The position numbers and the translations under genes are program-made. A stretch of DNA of 64,000 nt from Camelus dromedarius (lineage: Eukaryota): NCBI RefSeq assembly GCF_036321535.1, contig NC_087436.1, positions 8,804,001 through 8,868,000 of the forward strand. The letters are read 5' to 3'. Below are positions 14,088 through 26,760 of the stretch, piece by piece (the stretch's first letter is position 1; the number at the start of each line of letters is the position of its first letter). Under the pieces are notes generated by a model that was not told where the DNA came from, made no database searches, and saw only the letters and a program-made list of their open reading frames with translations.

Positions 14088-16345
14088 GGATTAAACTCTG
14101 AGTCCTGGACATTCTAAAGAATAAAGCCCCATCTGTTAATGAAGAGGTACTCTAAGGAACTTCAGCCTTGCGGTGTCCACTGTTCACTCTGGACAATCCT
14201 GTGAAATGAAGCTCACCAGCCATAGAGTGAAGATTAACAAAATGAACCCGAGAAGAAGGAGGAAGTTTCCTAGAGCCCCAGAGAGCAGGTAGAATAAGCA
14301 GTACTGGTGACCAGGGAAATCCACAGAGGAATCAAATTGACTCTCTGCAAGCTTCTGCTTTGGTTTATGGGAAATGTCCAATTTACAGTTCAGCGTTTCG
14401 CTTTTTGTAATCAATTTATAATCCTCTTTAGTAAATCTAACCCTTTAATAATACCTGGTTTATCCGTACAGCACTGTGTGCTAGCTTTATGGAAACTAAA
14501 GAAAAGGGAAGTGAAGTGTGGCTGTGAGTCACCCCTTGTGGTCTCATGCAGAGGCAGGTGCCCACAGCTAAGAGGATGAGCTGAGAAGGCAATCTGGACC
14601 TGAAGCTGAAGAGGAAGAGAAGGAAGGGCCATGAAGCATGGGACAACTCTTCTACCTTATAAGCTCCTTCTGCAACAATGCCATGAGACATAAGACTTTT
14701 CAGAGTCTTTTTATCACCAGTTGGACACAAGTATGAAGCAGCTCTCAAACACCATATTTGTCATATTTCATAATAAACTAAAAGGATGGATTAAAAATTT
14801 AAAATTAAGCATCAAAGATGCCTAACAAAATTAAGCAAAGTCTATATATTTATTTCGAAACTGAGAAACAGCATTAACTTTTATTTTATTTTATTTTATG
14901 TTGAAACATAAAATGTTTAATAATAAGAAAAGAACTTATAAGAAAGAAATTATGAAATAAGTTCATAACATCAACTACTGACTTCTATTCATTGATTGGT
15001 TTTAAAGGAAAAAGATAGAGAAAGAAGGGTGTGATTTTCAGTTTTTTCTGAATCAACTACTTTATAATAACCTTTATAATTTTAAATTTTAAAATGGCCA
15101 AATGTGATACATTTAAAGATAATCAGTATGACAAAATTTTAAGGATCGACTCTTTAGGGCTAACAAGTTTTAAAATTTCAGTGTTATTCTTCTTTTGAAC
15201 ATATGATGGACAGATGATCATATTGATTGAGGCTGAATAAAAAATGAGAAAACTATTTTTTTTTACTATTTCTAAATGATAGTGCATATAATATTTTAAA
15301 GAGGAAGATCATTATTTATCTGATAATAGTTATATCACATATATTCTCTTATTGTATTGGATAGGAATGCATATAGATTATTTTATGACTTACAAACTAT
15401 GTTTTTTGTATGATACTTTATTTTCTTTTGAGTGTCAATTTTACCTGAGAAAATAAGAGGGAAATGGTCAACTGAACAAAATCCTTGTGTTCAGAAGTAG
15501 CCATTAACCTCTAAATAATCCTGACAATGCATCACCTCATGTTGTTGGCTTTTGAAAACCAAAAAGCTTTTATCACATATGTAATTTGGCTCAATAATTG
15601 TGAGATAATAATTCATAATATACCTAGTGATGATTTTTCTCAATGACAAAATAAAGAGAGTTTTGAATGAACATGGAGAGAGGATGTCCATTTAACTCTT
15701 TCAGAGAACACACTGAAGACAAGTATTTATCAATAAGGATGAAATAAAAATCAGAGAAGCTGGCGCTGAAACTGATCCAGAGACAGGATAATGAATGTAA
15801 CACACCTTGATCAAAGTGTAGCTTGTATTATGCCAATGCTTATTGAAATGCATAAAAGTGGAATGGGAACTCCTAGTAGAAAGGTAACCAAATTAATTGC
15901 TGTTGATCAAACTCAAATAATAATGCTTTATCTACCTGAAAAATTATATGCAAAATCAAAATTGTTCGGCTTAACAAAATATGGAACTACAAAATAAGCC
16001 TGATTATTTGTATATTTTTGATACTACGTAAAACACTTGACTTGCTTTTGTTCTGACTATCCTCATCTATTTGCATATTTTAGTTAAATCACTTGCACAA
16101 TCTCCTTAATAAGTTGTAATCATGCTCTCTTGTAAGTGCTCTATTATTTTTAAATTTTATGGAGAAAAGCATTCCTGTGCAAATTACATTTAAGGCAGTA
16201 TTTGTACAGGAAAATTCCAACAACTATGTTTCATCTTATTTATGTATTATTTAGGGTTTTTTTTTAATTTATTTTTTCTACATCTTACTTATGAGCATAA
16301 TTTGTGTGCTCCAGTTGTTAAAAATGTGTTTGATGTGGTGACTGG

Positions 16346-18321
16346 TGTTATGGGTTGCATTGTGTCCCCCAGAAAAATTCATTTGTTGACATTTTAACCA
16401 CCAGCACCTGAGAATGTGACGTTGTTTGAAAACAGGGATCTTGCAAATGCAATTAGTTGTTAAGATGAGGTCATTAGAGGGAGCCCTAATCCAATATGAC
16501 TGATGTACTTATAAAAAGGAGAGATTTGCAAAACCAGACAAAGAGATCACACACACACAAAAAGAAAATAGGCTAACATCACTTATGAATATAGTTGCAA
16601 AAATCCTCAGCAAAATACTAGCAAATTGACTCCAACAATGCATTAGAATGGTCTACACCATGATCAAGTGTGAATTATCCCCAGAATGCAAGGTTTTTTC
16701 AGTATCTGCAAATCAATCAATGTGATACACCACATTAACAAACTGAGGAATAAAAACCGTATGATCATCTCAATAGATAAAGAAAAAGCTTTTGATAAAA
16801 TTCAAAATCCATCTATGCTTAAAAACTCTCCAGAAAGTGGGCATAGAGGGAACATATTTCAACATAATAAAGTTCATATATGACAAACCCACAGCCTACA
16901 TCATATTTAATGGTGAAAAGCTGAAAGCATTTCCTCTAAGATCAAGAACAAGACAAGGATGCCCACTCTTGCTACTTTTATTCAACATAGTTTTGGAAGT
17001 CCTAGCCATAGTAATCAGAGAAGAAAAAGAAATAAAATGAACCCAAATTGGAAAAGAAGAATTAAAACTGTCACTGTTCATAGATGACATGATTCTATAC
17101 ATAAAAAAAAAAAAACCTTAAAGAAGTGACCAGAAAACTACTAGAGTTCATCAATGAACTTGGTAAAGTTTCAGGATACAAAATTAATATACAGAAATCA
17201 ATTGCATTTCTATACACTAACAATGAAATTGCAGAAAAAGAAATTAAGGAAACAATCCCATTTACCATCGCACCAAAAATAATATAATACCTAGGATTAA
17301 ACCTACCTAAGAAGGCAAAGGAGCTGCACTCTGAAAACTGTTAAGACACTAGTGGAAGAAATTGAAAATAACATAAACAGATGGAAAGAAATACCATGTT
17401 CTTGAATGGGAAGGGTCAGTATCATTAAAATGACCATATCACCCAAGGCAATCTGCAGATTCAATACAATCTCTATCAGATTACCAATGACATTCTTCAC
17501 AGAGCTGGTATAAAAAATGTTAAAATTTGTATGGAAACATAAAAGACCCCAAATAGCCAAAACCGTCTTGAAAAAGAACAGAGCTGGGGGAATAATGCTC
17601 CCTGACTTCAGGCTATAATACAAAGCTGCAGTAATCAAAACAATATGGTACTGGCAGAAAAATAGACACACAGATCAATGGAACAGGATAAAGTCCAGAA
17701 CCTATGCACTTATGGTCGATTAATCTACGATAAAGGAGGCAAGAATATACAATGGAGAAAAAACTGTCTCTTCAATAAGTGGTGGTGGGAAAACTGGACA
17801 GCTACCTGCAAAAGATTGAAATGAACTTATCTATAAAACAGAAACTGACTCACAGACATAGAGAACAAACTTATGGTTACCAGGGGAAAAAGGAGGTGGG
17901 AAGGCAGAACTCAGGAGTACAAAATTTGCACCTCTTGGGGAGTGATGGAAATATTAGCTATCTTGATTGTGGTGGTGATTTCACAGGTGTACACATCTAT
18001 CAAAATTCATCAAATTGTACATCTGAAATATGTGTAGTTTACTGTACAGGAACCATACCACAATAATGGTGTTTAAAAAAAGAAGAGATTTGCACACAGA
18101 GACACGCATTTAGGAAAAACACCATGTGAGCATGAAGTCAGCCATCCACAAGCCAAGGAGAGAGGCCTGGAACAGAGCCTTCATTCAGCCCACAGAAAGA
18201 ACCAATCCTACCAAATTGGTATTGCGGACATCTTGCCTCTGGAGAACTGAGACATAAATTTCTGTTGTTTAAGCCCCAGGTTTGTGACATTTTGTTACAA
18301 AAACTCTAGCAAACCTCTACA
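16346..18321 (+). mobile_element. MaLR solo LTR (MLT1B-like) split by an L1 insertion
   Basis: TGTTATGGGTTG...ccctaatccaatatgactg, then after the insert ...aagccaaggagagaggcctggaacaga...CA. 5-bp flanks actgg/actcg. Confidence 0.85.
16531..18076 (+). mobile_element. Truncated, rearranged L1 (ORF2 RT region plus composite 3' end)
   Basis: ORF2 RT peptides [19 protein letters not shown] and [28 protein letters not shown], with frameshifts. 18-bp TSD aaaaag(g/a)agagatttgca at 16513-16530 and 18077-18094. Confidence 0.93.
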
Positions 18322-19308
18322 ACTCGTTTAATATATCACTTTATCCCTAAAATATTCATTGCTGATTTAACTACCAACTTTTCTACACACTCAGTCAAAC
18401 TATTTTGCAAAGATGACTTAAATGGGAAACAAATATAAATAGAAGAGGGTCAGAACAGAAGTCTCCTCAGGGTCCCAGGTGACTGAAGGCACATATGAGG
18501 ACAAAGACCCAGACTCAGACATCGATGTCCTAGATCAAGGCAGAAATAAGGTGCTCAAATGTAAAGGCTGGGAGGATAGGGTTGGCAGTGGTTTAAAGCA
18601 GTGAAAGGTGGCTCTGTCTTCTGTTTAAAATTTAACCATGTACCATGTACTTAAAACTTAAGTAGCCAGACCAATACATTTTTCTCTTTAAAAAAAAACC
18701 ACCAAGTATAATGGGGCTCCACAGAGCAAGAAAACTGTTGCCTTATGTCTTTTGTAGACTATCCTAAAATTTAAAGCATCCTTAAATTCAAGTTCAAATG
18801 ACAAATCGAGGACAAATCATCCCAGATAGTAATTCAGGTATGAAATAAGATAGCATCCCTTTTAAGCTTCGATTGACAATATTATAATTGTGTGGAGGGT
18901 TTAAGAAGAGTTTTTAAATGTACTGTCTAGTTTGATATTTGTACTTGTGTAGAATAAGTATGTCAGGTCCTACTTCAGTCTCTATGTTTCAAGGAGAAAA
19001 TAAATCAAAACAACATACAAAAAGTGATTCTTGGAAAAATTAATTAACCATTCTCAAATCAAGAATAGGAAGAATCAGGGCTGAGAAAAAATTCCAGTCC
19101 CTCGCTTGTGATTTCCATGTTATTTACACTAGGCCATATTGTGTTGACTCACACAGTAGCACTATGCCTGCACAGTGCTTTTCATAGACAGTGCACAAAC
19201 ATTGCTTTATACTGCAATTATCATATTGAATTTGATGTCTTCTGAAATTCATTCATGGATTGCGCATTCATAAAATAAGCATCCAGAATATGCTATCTAC
19301 TTGGACAG

Positions 19309-19822
19309 TGTGGTACCCCCACCCCACCCCTCAAAATGTCCACATCCTAATCCCTGACCCAGATGATGTGTTAGGATACACGGCAAAGAAGAATTTAGGT
19401 TACAGTTGAAATTAAGATTACTAACCAATTGACCTTGAGATAGGGAGATTATTCTGGAATATGCTGTGGGGGGAGGGGGAATGTAATCACAAGGGTTCTT
19501 GTAAGTGGAAGAGGGAGACAGGAAGGAGAGAACCAGAAATGGGCAGCTTGAGAAAGACTTGACCCAAAGTTGCCTGCTTTGAAGACGGAAGATTGGAGCC
19601 ATGAGCTAAGTAATGTAGTGGCTTCTAGAAGCTGAAAAAGGCAAGAAAATAACTTATTTCTAGCACCCCCAGAAGGAATGAGCCTTGGCATTTCATGGAT
19701 TTCAGCCCAGAGGTATCTGTGTCTGATTTCTGACCTACAATACTCTAAGGTGATAAATTTGTCTTGTTTTAAGTCTATACATTTTTGGTAAAGTGTTAAG
19801 GAAGCAGTAGACATTGAATACA
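19309..19822 (+). mobile_element. MaLR solo LTR (MLT1D-like)
   Basis: TG...aaatgtccacatcctaatccctg...gaccttgagatagggagattattctgga...tctagaagctgaaaaaggcaag...aataCA. Confidence 0.85.
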
Positions 19823-19944
19823 GGTAATATCCCTGATCTAACACATCCTACAACCAGAGAATGCCTGACAATAAACAGAGCATTATAACAGTGTGTGGTC
19901 AGTGGTATACTGGAGAGCTATAAGTTAGTATAGGGTCCTGGTTT

Positions 19945-20902
19945 GTTGATAATCACCATCCTAATAGGTGTGAAGTATTTCATTGTGGGTTTGATTTGCA
20001 TTTCCTTGATGATTAGTGATGTTGAACATCTCTTTTTATGTGCTTATTGGATTTATGCATATCTTCTTCAGAGAAATAACTGTATAAAGTCCTTTGTCCA
20101 TATTTAATTGGGTTGCTTTTCTGTTGTTTTTGAGTTTTAGGAGTTCTTTACATATTCTGGATATTAACCCCTTATTAGATAGATGAGTTGCAGATATTTT
20201 TTACCATTTCCTGGGTTGACTTTCACTCTACTGATAGTATTCATTGATGCCCAAAAGTTCTGTTCATTTTGATTAAGTCCAACTTAACTATTTTTCTTTT
20301 GTTGCCTATATTTTTGGCATCCTATCCAAGAAATCATTGCCATATCCAATGTTGTAAGATTTTGTCTTTTGTTTTCTTCAGATAGTTTTTTAATTTTAGC
20401 TCTTACTTCTAAGTCATTGATTCTTTTTGAGTTAAGTTTTGTAAATGATGTAAGGTAAGACTCCAATTTCATTTTTTTTGTATGTGAATATCCAGTTTTC
20501 CCAATACCATTTGTTCAAAAGTCTGTCCTTTACCCATTGAATGGTCTTGGCATTCTTGTTGAAAATCATTTGACCTTATGTGTGAAGATTTAATTTGGGG
20601 ACTTTTCATTCTGTTCCAAATGTCTGTTTTTACACCAGTATCACACTGCTTTGACAGTGGCTTTATAGTTTTAAAATAAGGACATGTAAGATCTTCAAAT
20701 TTGTTTTCCTTTATCAAGATTATTTTAGTTATTCAAGATCCCTTGAAATTCCATATGAATTTTGGGATGGAATTTTCTATTTCTGGCAAAAATACGACTA
20801 GAATGTTGGTAAGGATTGCATTGCATTTGTGGATCACTTTGGGTAGCATTGAAATCTTAACTATATTTTAAATCTTCTAATCCAGGAACATAGAATGTCT
20901 TA
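19945..20902 (-). mobile_element. Older L1 ORF2 3' fragment
   Basis: Antisense L1 sequence. ORF 20284-20472 (MKLESYLTSFTKLNSKRINDLEVR) is ORF2-like. Confidence 0.88.
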
Positions 20903-23589
20903 CAGGTACATTTTAAATCTACCACATCTGTAACTTCTTTCTCCATTATCTCAGAAATGTTGACAAGTCAGAATTAATGTAACTATACTTTGCTTTTAAT
21001 TGTAAGTTCACAGGTTGTTTTTTAAACTGACAGATGAGTGTAAGATTGACAAGTTTTTCAAGATGAAGAATTCTGCAGTTGCATCTGAAATAATGTTTTA
21101 GCTGGAACCTATTTTTTTTAAAGGCAGCAGACTGTTTAGAGTCAAACAAGATTCTTTTCTCCCTTCTAGTAGAATCCAATATGTAAATTTACTTACTGAG
21201 ATCGCTGGAAATCAACCATTCAGAAGCATTTTATCTGTTATGCTCGACGAGGTGCAAATTCTGCCACTATTTCTAGCACATGACAGATACAGTTTTTTTT
21301 TTCCCAAAATAATTCTGTTCTTTCACTAATAGGTGTTTTGTTTGAATCACAATAGTATTAAAAACATATGGTCAGGGATGCATGTGGAACAAGCACATCA
21401 CTCTGTAGACTTATTTTTTTTTTTTTTTTTGGACAGTATTGCACTCTGAGTAACCTACCAACAAATTTAAGAAATATATTTACACCACTAATTTCTGACC
21501 ATGACTTAATGATGCATTCAACTGTGTAGATAGATTTCAGGGTCCAATGAACTGGTCATGTCAAAGGTGCATGATTTGTACCTTCCTCAGTTATTACAGT
21601 GTTGGATTCTATTATCTGTAACTTATTATAAATGGCTTTGCAACAATTATGATATCATCTTATCTCTAATTATGTCCCCATCTATTTATGAAAGTGTCAT
21701 GGAAGATGAAAGCAATTCTCACACCAAATTCCACCATCTATACGTACATTCATAAATCCCACCTTGCGGTGAATTGAGCCATTTCTGTCTTAGGGTATGG
21801 CTTCTAAGTGACATAGTTTCCATCCACCTCTAACTATTTCAGGTCTCTGATAGTTTCTACAAGGAAACTATAAGCTCTTAATAATCCAATTGGCACAGGT
21901 CAGTCTCAGTACACTGAAATCCAGTCTCAGCTAAAATCAAAAGAAAAAAATCTGATAAAATTGTCCATAAAAGTCCTTTCCTTAAAGCCACTAACACTGT
22001 TAGAACTATAAATCTTCTAAACGTAGGGAAACTCTCTCAACAGAGACTATCTATGTGGCGACAGTTACACACTATTAGAATCAAATGTTCATGCTTTTGG
22101 GTGTTATCCTCTTTTGAATAGTTATCCATGCATCAAAAAATGGGGAAAGGCCAAGGAATACAAATTATAAAATTAGTGTCAGGGAAAGAAAATATCAGAT
22201 ACAGTTTATTCTGCTTTATTGGCTCTAGCAGCAGGGAGAGTAAATAGTTTCTGAAGAAAAGACAGCAATTCTTTGCTAAAAAAGTAAAAAAAAAAACAAG
22301 TGACTACATAGTCTGGACTTTAAGGAATAATCTCAATTTGATAAACCCTACAATCTCCATAAACAGCCGTGTCTGAAAAATCCTGACATGTCAGTGACTA
22401 TTAACTTGACGAGTCAAGTTTGAAATCAAAATTTTAAAAGTTTCAAATTTAAATTTAAAAACCCTAAAAATTTAAAGATCCTAAAAAACTGAAAAACACT
22501 GACAAAGAGGCTAGATAATCTTACACGACCATTATTTACTGGCACTTTATTTTTTGCATCCATCGCTGTATATGAAAATGTACTATTTTAAGTTTTAAAG
22601 ACTAGGAATACAGATTTTTACATTACAAAATATTATTCAAACATGGTATTAAAATATAGTTGTTTAATTATAATATGAAGTGATAATGTGAATATTTATA
22701 GGCAGTGGTATATATGACACTTTCATCTGTTGTTTAAACATAGTTGAAAGATGTGAAGATATTTAATCATATGTTGTTAGTTGAGAATCAAAATGTCTAT
22801 AAAGGGCAAGAAAATAATCTGCACTTTTAATGAGACTTCACAAATAATATCCTTCCTATAAGAAATATGTCAACTCAGAAGTTAAAAAAAATCTCAGTCA
22901 ATATAACAGTAAGATACACTCCAGATCTCAAAACGAAATGTTACCACTTCATATATTTTAGCAAAGATGCAATCATTAAAAAAAAAATGTCAAGCCATCA
23001 CCTGTGCATTTCTCAGAATGTTACTATGGAAAGTTCTTATAAAAGAACATTCTAACAAAATGAACTGTGTCCATGGAAATATGAACTGTATATGTACCAT
23101 TAAATGCAATCACTGATTCAGATTTGTAGTTTGTTCAACTAATTTAATTTGATATTATTTCAATCTCCATTTTTTCATTGGTAAGAAAAAAGCATATTTT
23201 TTACTTCAGCAGCTCAAAAATTTTGCAACAAATTTCTCGGAGCATCTTTTCATTGTTAAGAAATCTACTGTATCACATATATGAATTATTCCTGCTATTA
23301 TAAAATGTTACATTAAGATTTCCATAATGTGAATATTTTGAATTTGAAGTGTGACAAAGCAAGAAAAGTCACCAATTATTTAGGTGTCTTTTTTTGTAAA
23401 TCACAACAAAGTTGTTGATACCATTATCTTGATGCAATTATTCTAATACTAATTTTGGATAAACAATGCGTACTTTCTAAGAATCTTTTCTAGAAATTAT
23501 CAGTCTTATGCTTCACTAAGTGTTTGGGGTCTTCTAAATATTCCTTAAGTCCTTACCCTCTTATTTACCTATTACCCTTGTGCAGTCCC

Positions 23590-24330
23590 TCAAAATTTAT
23601 CACCTAGAGGACTGCAGCTGGTGGTCAGCACTGTTGTGGTGAACGTGTAAACGTCCACCATGGACCAATTTCCAGTTTCCAAAGTGACATCAACCTTATA
23701 GTGAAATTCCTAGAAATTTAATCACTGGTTCCAGCACATCCCTGGTCGCACTCACCTACTGTTCTTTCTGCTTCTGCTCATGTTTCTTAACTGCATCTCG
23801 CACTCAGCTTCATAAACGATCCTTCCAAAGTTAGATCTGACCACGGCAAATTGCTGCCGAGGGTCTTGTCCACCAGTTTCTCCATAACGTATTCATGGCA
23901 TTTCAAGATCTACTCCCTACCTCCCTCCTCAGCCTCATTTCTCCCTAATTTCCACTTTGTCTTTTCATCTCCCTCAACTCCCAAACTCCTTGCAGTTTCC
24001 CGCATCTGGGTCTTGGCTGTTACCACCTCCTGGGCAGAAAAGCACCCGGTCTCTGGCTTTCTCCTCAAGAACTCCTATTTGGGAATCTACTTAATTTAGA
24101 AGTTACCTCCGCTCAGAATCCCTCGCTGAGAGTGCAACTTTTGGTTGTCCTGTGGTATTTTACATGTCTCTTTTATCCTATACGATATTATTTTGTAATC
24201 TCCTTTTACCATTTAATTTTCTTGCATTGACAAGAGAAGCTGTTTCTTATCTATCTTTCTATTTGTAGTGACTAGCTTTGATAATGTCACATAAGACTAG
24301 AACAAATGGGGGTTGTTGTGGATGAAGTTA
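23590..24330 (+). mobile_element. L2 3' relic, possibly with a MER63-like hAT fragment at about 23620-23745
   Basis: L2-like gatccttccaaagttagatctgaccac...cctacctccctcctcagcctcatttctc. Also gaaattcctagaaatttaa...ttccagcacatccctg. Confidence 0.5.
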
Positions 24331-25363
24331 ATCATTGTAGCTTGAACTATTAATTTAAATATGTAAAAGTATGGAATTGGATCTTTGCACAGCTGATAAA
24401 TTTTAAATTACACAATACTTACCTGCAATATATCACCCTTCTTTGCCTGGCTTCCTACTTTCTCCCTTTAATCTCTCTTCTCTCTCCTGCTTCTCTGTCT
24501 CCGTCTCCCTCTTTCTTCTTCTTCCATCCAACTTCTCTTTCTAACTTTTATTTTTAGTTAAAAACATCCATCCTTTTGGAATAGACAAATACAATATACT
24601 GTGTACTACGATGTCTAATTTATTTATGTATTTAATAAAGTAGTATTATGGTTAATACTCAGTGATAGCCACAATCAGAAGAAAGAAAGTAATCATTCGA
24701 TGTCCCTCAGGCAGTCACTATCAATGCGTATTACCTCTCAAGATCATCTGTAACCTGTAACTTCTATGATTCTTCAAACATCACAGATGCTTCTCTTGGG
24801 TCCCATCTGATGGCCAACAACAAGGGTGGGCTTACATTACTTGAAAGAATGGTAACAAGTTTACTGCATTTCCTGCCCTTCTATAGAAGTGATTGCAGTT
24901 GGGATGAACACAACTTGCAGTGGGAACGTTGCAGATGAGACACAGTGTTCCATGCCTCACAAAGCCCTCAGTCAGGCAGCTAAACAGCACTCGGTATATA
25001 GATGCCTCCATTTCCTTTTCGTTAAGAAATTTATTTCACTTAAACCTATTTTTAAGTTGTCCTCTAAGGATATAACAAACATTTATTAAAATTTTAAGAT
25101 AAATACATATTTTAATATTACATGAAATTTTCATTCTCAGATGTACTAAGGATAGCAATGGTAGATTGTGCTAAAAACTCACCAAAAGCCACTGCAAAGA
25201 TAGAGGCCTCATGAATTAATGGAGTTTACAATATAATTTCTTAAAAGATTAAACCTTTTCATTGAATAAAATGGAGTACAATAATCAAAAGATTGAGCAT
25301 TACTAAATAGAATGAGTGTCAGGCATTCATACTTTACATAGATAATCATCAAGTTAAGTATTT

Positions 25364-25526
25364 TTTAATTTAGTTTTTTTTTTTTTATTTTATTTCTTGG
25401 GGGAGGTAATTAATGTTTTTTTTAATGTAACTAATTTATTTATTTTTAGAGGAGGTACTGGGGATTGAACCCAGGACCTCATGCATGCTAAACATGTGCT
25501 CTATCATTTGAGCTATCCCCTCCCCC
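25364..25526 (-). mobile_element. Vic-1-type SINE
   Basis: ggaggtactggggattgaacccagg...gagctatcccctcccc with T-rich tail. TSD caa(g/a)ttaagtattt at 25350-25363 and 25527-25540. Confidence 0.92.
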
Positions 25527-26444
25527 CAAATTAAGTATTTGTATAAAAGTGTGAAGATAATGTGTATTAATGATTTATTTTGCTGATTCTCAAAACGATT
25601 GCTTAAAAACTAATGTGTTACTGGTTTTCAAATATCTGTAAGAGAAATTACCAAGAAGATATCATGCACTGAATTACTACAAAGCCTGTTAATAAGGTAT
25701 CTTACATGGACTTTGTTTACATGATATATACATGCATTTCTTATCATTGTGCTGACCCCAAGGCACTACAAAATATTTCAGTAACTTCTAAGCATTAAAG
25801 AATTATTGTTATGTTGAATGCAGCACATTAACTTCCCTAGGGTTCTCAGAGGTAGCAACAGTCTGAAGTTATTTTCAATACTTCAAAAAAGTTACCATGA
25901 AACTTTCATCCTTATGGTATATAAGGTTGTACAGGCTCCATGAAAGTGTCTCACTGCTAAGTGTAGGACTGAAATAATTCAGGCTAGGGACACTTTTATT
26001 CCCAGACTGACAGGTTCTCAAGGGAAAGCTTACATAATTGCTGCATTGATTTTAAATCAGGAGAAAAAAAATAGTCATTCATTTTAAAATAATATTATTT
26101 TAAAAAATCAGAAAATACAAATTTAAAGGCATTAACTGTGGGTAGGGGATATATGATTTTAATGATCGATTGATGTTTCAACATTTGGAAGATGTTGTTA
26201 TAAGGTGGCATTGAATACATTTTAGCAAATCCTGTTTTTAAAGTCAACGTCTTATTTATGTTGAGGGTATATATTTTGCCACTTAAATGATTACATTTAC
26301 CCATGAGTGTGTATTTTCCTGATTCCCTGAAAAATAGATAAGAACATGATTTTCCCACTATGTTATTTATCTACAACTGGAATCTTGTATTTAAAATACT
26401 GGAGTAACTTTTTAGATGGATTTGTTTTTAACATTTTAATGTTA

Positions 26445-26760
26445 CACTGTCCAAGATGATGGCCACTACTACATGTGGCTATTGAACATTTGGAGTGTGG
26501 CTCATAAAAAATTGATATGTGCTGTAAATATAAAATGTACAGAAGATCTCAAAACTTGTTAGAAAAAAGGATACAAAATTGTTCCTTAATTTTCATATTG
26601 ATTGCATGCCGTGATACTACTATTTTGGCTATATTGGGATAAAGGGTTAGTAAAATCAATTTCACTCCTTTCTCTTCTTTTTTTAATGAGACTGCTAGAA
26701 AGTTTAAAATTATTAGATGGCTAAATTTTTTGCTTGTGTTATGTTTCACATGAGCCAGTG
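26445..26760 (+). mobile_element. MER33-like hAT-Charlie relic
   Basis: cactgtccaa...gccactactacatgtggctattgaacattt...gatatgtgctgtaaatataaaat, about 315 bp. Confidence 0.7.

Noticed and set aside
13891..14112. His-Thr repeat protein
   Set aside because: It is the translation of the (GT)n microsatellite.
16686..17040. Reverse-transcriptase ORFs as a functional gene or novel RT system
   Set aside because: They are frameshifted, truncated pieces of L1 ORF2.
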